Shown: positions 6,179 through 11,050 of the stretch, one piece after another
How positions within the stretch are numbered: position 1 is the first letter of the stretch
Layout: every line of letters begins with the position of its first letter
From: an archaeon
Lineage (GTDB): Archaea > Asgardarchaeota > Thorarchaeia > Thorarchaeales > Thorarchaeaceae
DNA length: 11,050 nt
Assembly: GCA_024275415.1 (NCBI GenBank)
Contig: JAJRZD010000066.1
Location: 1 to 11,050, forward strand
Direction: 5' to 3'
The notes under the pieces: model-generated
What the model was told of the DNA's origin: nothing
What the model saw: the letters and a program-made list of their open reading frames with translations, nothing else
Database searches by the model: none
Translations under genes and position numbers: made by a program

Positions 6179-6646
6179 CTATCTCTCCTTGACCTTATTA
6201 GGCCCTATTTTCTTGATACGTTCAACCATTGCAGTGATTCCCTGTGTGAACACATCCCCTTCGGCAGCACTTGCCCATTGGAGGTGTACCCTGTCAGGAT
6301 GTAGCCCCGCCTCTTTGACAAGATGCCTAAGAAGGGTGAATCGCCCTTGCATCTTGAGATTCCCACTTGTGTAGTGACAATCGCCGGGATGGCACCCACT
6401 TATGAGCACACCGTCTGCACCCTGATGAAGTGCGTCTAGAATAAAAGACACATTGATGCGTCCCGTACAGTTTACCCTGATGATTCTAGCATTTGGAGGC
6501 ATTTGCATCCTACTCGTACCGGCCAAGTCAGCTCCTGCATAAGAACACCAGTTACAGCAGAATGCCACGATCCGAGGTTCGAATTCGCCTTTTGCTTTCC
6601 TTTTCGCCTTGGAGGATTTTGTGATTTGCTGGCTTGCTGCCGTCAT
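6179..6646 (-). CDS. mvhD: Hydrogenase-associated [2Fe-2S] subunit MvhD (all-cysteine form)
   Basis: Motifs IVAFCCNWCSYAGADLAG, RIIRVNCTGR, GADGVLISGCHPGDCHY and W.SAAEG. The SD AGGAGGT (6663-6657) is 1 nt from the ORF-track TTG (6655) but 10 nt from ATG 6646, so 6646 is the preferred start. Confidence 0.93.
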   Translation of the reverse strand: MTAASQQITKSSKAKRKAKGEFEPRIVAFCCNWCSYAGADLAGTSRMQMPPNARIIRVNCTGRINVSFILDALHQGADGVLISGCHPGDCHYTSGNLKMQGRFTLLRHLVKEAGLHPDRVHLQWASAAEGDVFTQGITAMVERIKKIGPNKVKER

Positions 6647-6852
6647 GTCGCTCAAGACCTCCTTCGGTCATGTTGGCGCAGCTCGCGCTATTCCCTATTA
6701 ACGTTCGTGATTTCGAAAACAGACAGTATTGTGGGGATTGTGATTGGTATGTACCTTCTTTTCAAGGAGAATGTATGAAACAGATAATACACTACTCTCT
6801 CTAATCTACTATATTTATGTCAGTGCTCAAAATAAGAACTAACTTCATGCGA

Positions 6853-6898
6853 TGAAACCCTTTTTATGGTGCGTTGGTTCTATGTGTTGCTAGAACCA
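6853..6898 (+). promoter_or_regulatory. BRE/TATA-like element followed by an 8-8-8 inverted repeat upstream of the Lrp/AsnC gene
   Basis: TGAAACCC-TTTTTATG (TATA-like at 6861-6868), then TGGTTCTA-N8-TAGAACCA at 6875-6898. SD-like GGTGA at 6912-6916. Confidence 0.45.
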
Positions 6899-6924
6899 TA
6901 TGTTGGTATCGGGTGATGTGAAGG

Positions 6925-7164
6925 ATGACAATAAAGGCGTTCATAATGGCCAAGGTTGAATCCGTGAAGGCGCGAGAGGTTCTAGAGAATGTTCGAGCAC
7001 TCGATGAAGTTGAAGAGGCTTACTTGATCTATGGGGCATTTGATCTGCTTATCAAAGGTGTTTTCAAGACTCCCGAAGGTTTGAGCTCCTTCGTTGTCGA
7101 TACTCTCAGAAAGGTTGATGGTGTGAAAGATACCGTAACGAACGTCTGTGCAAGCTGCGAATGA
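6925..7164 (+). CDS. Stand-alone Lrp/AsnC ligand-binding (RAM) domain protein
   Basis: 79 aa: AFIMAKVE...EVLENV..LDEV.EAYLIYGAFDLLIK......L..FV...LRKVDGV.DTVT. No HTH domain. GGTGA SD 8 nt upstream. Confidence 0.88.
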   Translation: MTIKAFIMAKVESVKAREVLENVRALDEVEEAYLIYGAFDLLIKGVFKTPEGLSSFVVDTLRKVDGVKDTVTNVCASCE

Positions 7165-7284
7165 ATGTACCACTGATCGTATCGACTTTAGCAAAGGGGA
7201 ATATTCTGCAAGATACTGCTAAGAACTTCTGATCAACATGTTCTGAGATAGGCCATCAGACTACTGAAGGAACGAAACACCTGC

Positions 7285-9168
7285 CTAAGTTGGCAGGTCG
7301 CGCACTTCCTTTAACAACCCCAATCGCTCAAGAGTTTCTACTTTGGGCATTCCCGTATCTATGTCCCATCCACGTTCTACATAGTAATCATTCAACATCT
7401 CATTGAGTTCTACGATTTGTCCTTTTGATGGACCGACTGGAGCTGGGAAATCAGTGAGTCTTCGGGGTAGCTGGTCATCCTTTCGACGTACTCCTAATCT
7501 GACATTGAACATGCGATTGAGATTGACGACCCGCTCTCCAATCTGTCGGAGCTGTTCTACCGTCATATCGATGTCATTGTGCAGCTTCAGTGCCTTTGCA
7601 ATGTCCTCATAGTAGAACTCGGGCGGTATCTGTGTGCCATATTTGCACAGCCCCACGCTCTCGACCATAACCATGAAGTTCTCACACTCTGCGACCATAA
7701 GTCCCTTGTACTTCGGGCTCAGCCTATCTGCCATCTCGGGAAGGTACTCCTCTCCGAAACGCTCCTTAATGTCGTCATCAAAGCCGACCTCATCAAGGAC
7801 TGGGAATGCATAGAGGTGGTCTGCACCTCTGGCAGCAGTGACCGCGGCAAGTCCCATCGATTTCTGGGCTCTGGGTTCCTGTCCTGCTATCTCCTGTTTC
7901 TTCACGGTCATTACATACTCCTCTGAACCCATGCCGAACTTCTGTGCTGCCCGCCAGCTACCTTCTGCAAGGACATCCCCGATGCCCTCCCTGAAGGCAA
8001 TCATCTTGATTAGCTTGATCATGGACTCGTGATTGCCCCAGCCGAGATCCAACCCGCCAGTTTCTTCTCTCGTTATCACACCATTCTCCCATGCTTCCAT
8101 CGCCCAAGAGATTGTACCGCCAAGCGAGATTGTGTCCATGCCCCATTGGTTCGCTAGGTGATGACCGAAAAGCACCGCCTCGAGGTTATCGATTCCACAA
8201 CGAGACCCCAGCGATGTCTGCGTTTCGAACTCGGGAGACCCTCCTGTATACTTGTAGGGCCCTTTCGGCACCATGGTGTACCTGCCACATCGTTGCAGGC
8301 AACAGAAATCTGCTCGTGGCTTGACGAGATAGTGCTCGTTTATTGCATCACCACCAATCTTCTTGTATCCATCAAATACTCCCTGCTTCATGTTGTATGA
8401 TGGTAGCCTGCCGATGTGCTGCATGAGTTCCACAAGGCTGGTGGTTCCATATCTGGCCCTCTCCGGAGTGAATGGGTTGTCCAGCATCCTTCTATGAAAT
8501 ACATCCATCACTTTCAGGTAGTTCGAGGGGTCAGCGACCTCAATCTTCCCCGTACCTCTCACAGAGATTGCTTTGACCCTCTTAGAGCCCATGACTGCAC
8601 CGAGCCCAGACCTTGCTGATGCACGATCCCTGTCATTCATGATTGCAGCGAAGCGTACAAGGTTCTCTCCGGCTTGTCCTATCGCTAGGGTTCTGGCCAA
8701 CCTCCCGTGCTTCTTTCTCAGGTAGTCATCCGTTTCAAAGACATCGGTTCCCCAGATTTCATCGGCGTCCAGCAAGTCTACTTGATCGTCTTTGATATTG
8801 AGGTATACTGGACTCTTTGAGGCGCCTGTGAAGATGATGACATCATAACCCGCGAACTTCAGCTCGGCTCCCCAGAATCCTGCTGCATGGCTTTCTCCCC
8901 AGACACCTGTCAGTGGTGAGAGCGCAGCTATCACATGACGCGATGCCTGTGGGAACATGGATGCGGTGAGAAGTCCTGTTGCGATGCCTAGGACATTATC
9001 TGGAGATAGAGGATCCGTATCTGGTGGTATCATGTCATAGAGTATTCTTGATAGGTATCCTGCCCCTAAGAGGTAGTCCTTGACTATCTCTTCTTCGACT
9101 GGTCTCTTCTCGATTGTCCCCTTGGTCAGATTTACCCAGAGGTTCGTCCCTCCAATGCCTTTGATCAT
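7285..9168 (-). CDS. aor: Aldehyde:ferredoxin oxidoreductase family (tungstopterin) enzyme
   Basis: 627 aa with motifs SPLTG.WGESHAAGFWGAELKFAGYD, IGQAGENLVRFAAI, GLGAVMGSKRVKAI, PEFET, GMDTIS, GEGI-like REGIGDVLAEG, RGADH, GLCK, DDQLP.R and YY.ERGWD. Substrate cannot be determined from the sequence. Confidence 0.9.
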   Translation of the reverse strand: MIKGIGGTNLWVNLTKGTIEKRPVEEEIVKDYLLGAGYLSRILYDMIPPDTDPLSPDNVLGIATGLLTASMFPQASRHVIAALSPLTGVWGESHAAGFWGAELKFAGYDVIIFTGASKSPVYLNIKDDQVDLLDADEIWGTDVFETDDYLRKKHGRLARTLAIGQAGENLVRFAAIMNDRDRASARSGLGAVMGSKRVKAISVRGTGKIEVADPSNYLKVMDVFHRRMLDNPFTPERARYGTTSLVELMQHIGRLPSYNMKQGVFDGYKKIGGDAINEHYLVKPRADFCCLQRCGRYTMVPKGPYKYTGGSPEFETQTSLGSRCGIDNLEAVLFGHHLANQWGMDTISLGGTISWAMEAWENGVITREETGGLDLGWGNHESMIKLIKMIAFREGIGDVLAEGSWRAAQKFGMGSEEYVMTVKKQEIAGQEPRAQKSMGLAAVTAARGADHLYAFPVLDEVGFDDDIKERFGEEYLPEMADRLSPKYKGLMVAECENFMVMVESVGLCKYGTQIPPEFYYEDIAKALKLHNDIDMTVEQLRQIGERVVNLNRMFNVRLGVRRKDDQLPRRLTDFPAPVGPSKGQIVELNEMLNDYYVERGWDIDTGMPKVETLERLGLLKEVRDLPT

Positions 9169-9656
9169 GCAAATTCCTCCTTTTCGTATAGGATCCCCTC
9201 ATGCCGTGCATAAAGGTCGGCAAGTCGTCCATCTGGATCCTTTTGTTCAAGCCCTTTCCGTGTCGTCGTCCAAATCGCATTAGTAGGACATCGCTTCACA
9301 CATTGTCCACATTGGATACATTTGATAGCCTTTCCAGTGTCTGGGTTGATGGTGATTGCATTATAGGGACAGGCTTTGACGCATTCCCCGTGTCCTACGC
9401 ATCTCTTGTTGTTGACCAGTATGATACCTTTTGATGTCCTCGACAATGCCTGCTCTGGGCACGCCTCGATACATGGGGCATCATCACAATTATGACAGAA
9501 AAGCGGGAAATCCAGCCCCGGCTCTACGCGCAAGACTCTCACCCGTGATTGTGTCGGGCTGATGACCTTGTGATAGAACATACTGCATGTAGAAACGCAG
9601 ATCATGCATCCTGTGCAGACCTCTGGGTCGCCATATACAAACTTGTACTCGTTCAA
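9165..9656 (-). CDS. Four-cluster Fe-S electron-transfer subunit (DmsB/HybA-like; AOR small subunit)
   Basis: Cys groups CTGCMICVSTC, CHNCDDAPCIEACP, CVGHGECVKACP and CIQCGQCVKRCP. ATGA overlaps with both neighbours. Confidence 0.9.
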   Translation of the reverse strand: MNEYKFVYGDPEVCTGCMICVSTCSMFYHKVISPTQSRVRVLRVEPGLDFPLFCHNCDDAPCIEACPEQALSRTSKGIILVNNKRCVGHGECVKACPYNAITINPDTGKAIKCIQCGQCVKRCPTNAIWTTTRKGLEQKDPDGRLADLYARHEGILYEKEEFA

Positions 9657-11026
9657 TCTCGTTCACTCCGTATCTCATTGACCTGTCCCATTGGCTGAAA
9701 CTTACCGTGTCCAGGTTTTATCGTTGCAACATCTCCCTCAAAGACCTTCACTCCTCTTACAAAGGTCATTATTGGTGCACCTTTGAGGCGCAGACCTTCG
9801 TATAATGTCCATCCGCACTTTGAGAACATCATGTCGGCCGTGATAGTTTCCTCTTTGTGAGGGTCTATGATGACAAAATCTGCATCAGACCCGATACGCA
9901 GGGCGCCCTTTCTAGGGTACATTCCGAATATCCTTGCAGGATTGGATGAGGCGACCCTGACGAGCCTACCAAGGGATAGCCTGCCTCGATTGATGCCTTC
10001 CGAGAGCAACACACGTAGGATCATCTGGATTCCATCCACCCCAGACCACGCGTTCCTGATGTCCTCTCGTCCAGCCTCCTTCTTCTCGATTGGACATGGA
10101 GCATGGTCACTCACGACCATCTGGATGGACCCACGAAGCAATGCTGACCAAAGGGCTGCCCTATCCTCCTTTGTCCTGAATGGTGGGTTCAGTTTGCTCC
10201 TCGGGCCGAGCCTATTCATATCGTCCCGATAGAATACGAGGTGATGCGGACAAACTTCTGTTGTAACGGTCACCCCTCGAAGCCGCCCTCTCTCAATCTC
10301 TCGCACTCCATTCTTAGTAGTCACATGAGCAATATGCAGATGTCCCCCTGTCTGTTCAGCAATCGAGATATTCTGTCTGATGGCAATCTGTTCTGCGAGT
10401 GGAGGTCTGGCAAGTGAATGACTTATAGGAGCATCCCATTCTCCCTCCATCTCCTTCGAAAACTCGTCTAGAATCCCTTGATCCTCAGAGTGGATAGTGA
10501 CCATCCCTCCATGCTCGGACACCTCGCTGAGGCTTCTTACCAATGTCCCAGTACTTGCCATGAACGGATCGCATGTGAACGCTTTGAATGCACCAACTCC
10601 CTTCTGCAACATGGTGCTGACCATAGAATAATTGTCTTCAGTGAGCATTCCTGCCGTGAAGGAGAAATCGACAATGGACATCTCGTTGCCAGCCTTTTTC
10701 TTATCCTCCAGAGATGTTTCTGAGTCCATCTGGGAAACAAGGGGCATATCGATTATCGTTGTGACCCCGCCGGCAGCCGCAGCGCGTGAGCCACTGGTAA
10801 AGTCCTCATGAGATGTCATCTTAGGATCGTGGATATGAGCATGTCCATCTATGAGCCCTGGCATCACGATGTTCTTGCGAGCGTCTACTACCTGTTCTGC
10901 CTGTGGCAGGTGCTCATCAGACGCTATGGCGCATATCTGCCCGTCAGTTACGGCTAACCCTCCGGTGACCAGTCCTGATTCAAGAAGCAGCCTTGCATTC
11001 TTGATTACAAGATCCACGGAGGCCAA
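9653..11026 (-). CDS. Cyclic amidohydrolase, allantoinase/hydantoinase-like
   Basis: Motifs PGLIDGHAHIHDP, GSRAAAAGGVTTIIDMP, FKAF, HSED, HIAHVTT, EVCPHHL, KLNPPFR, SDHAPCP and AWSGVDGIQ. The lack of Arg after HxH and the SDHxPCP / AWxG signature fit allantoinase better than dihydroorotase (motif recall). TTG start with a strong SD. Confidence 0.8.
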   Translation of the reverse strand: MASVDLVIKNARLLLESGLVTGGLAVTDGQICAIASDEHLPQAEQVVDARKNIVMPGLIDGHAHIHDPKMTSHEDFTSGSRAAAAGGVTTIIDMPLVSQMDSETSLEDKKKAGNEMSIVDFSFTAGMLTEDNYSMVSTMLQKGVGAFKAFTCDPFMASTGTLVRSLSEVSEHGGMVTIHSEDQGILDEFSKEMEGEWDAPISHSLARPPLAEQIAIRQNISIAEQTGGHLHIAHVTTKNGVREIERGRLRGVTVTTEVCPHHLVFYRDDMNRLGPRSKLNPPFRTKEDRAALWSALLRGSIQMVVSDHAPCPIEKKEAGREDIRNAWSGVDGIQMILRVLLSEGINRGRLSLGRLVRVASSNPARIFGMYPRKGALRIGSDADFVIIDPHKEETITADMMFSKCGWTLYEGLRLKGAPIMTFVRGVKVFEGDVATIKPGHGKFQPMGQVNEIRSERD

Positions 11027-11032
11027 AGACTA

Positions 11033-11041
11033 TCCTCCTCC
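11033..11041 (-). promoter_or_regulatory. Shine-Dalgarno sequence for the amidohydrolase gene
   Basis: GGAGGAGGA on the - strand, 6 nt upstream of TTG 11026. Confidence 0.7.
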
Positions 11042-11050
11042 AACCGGTGG

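Noticed and set aside
7162-7190. UGA at the end of the Lrp/AsnC gene as Sec (C-E-UGA-M-Y-H-UGA)
   Set aside because: The domain is already complete, and no SECIS-like helix of adequate length follows.
7160-7270. Box C/D-like sRNA suggested by several CUGA and UGAUCA motifs
   Set aside because: No proper RUGAUGA box C, and the putative guides are only about 7 nt.
9653-11026. Calling the amidohydrolase pyrC (dihydroorotase)
   Set aside because: It lacks the substrate-binding Arg after HxH and has SDHAPCP/AWSG rather than the DHAPH signature, and there are no pyr genes nearby. No gene symbol was assigned.
1-11050. CRISPR arrays, tRNA/rRNA genes, IS elements or integrases
   Set aside because: No regularly spaced repeats, cloverleaf or rRNA-like segments, transposase motifs or terminal inverted repeats were seen.

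Overview
Archaeal chromosomal window, most likely from an Asgard archaeon (inferred from the gene set and a eukaryote-type SECIS; not verified by any search). The + strand carries an EamA/DMT transporter, a chimeric ORF (AhbC/AhbD-like radical SAM N-terminus joined in frame to the C-terminal half of HemD), a TrmB-family regulator broken by one in-frame TGA, and an MntA/HepT (MNT-HEPN) toxin-antitoxin pair. The - strand carries a group 3c-type [NiFe(Se)] hydrogenase operon, mvhD-vhuG-vhuA-vhuU. Its large subunit is split, and the missing C-terminal metal-binding peptide is a 50-codon selenoprotein gene (vhuU, 3794-3946) absent from the ORF track, with UGA at the Ni-ligand position. A SECIS-like hairpin follows, and its AUGA core is the gene's own stop codon. 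The rest of the window holds a divergent stand-alone Lrp/AsnC ligand-binding domain and a translationally coupled operon of an allantoinase-like amidohydrolase, a polyferredoxin-like subunit and an AOR-family oxidoreductase, the last two with non-canonical Fe-S ligands.
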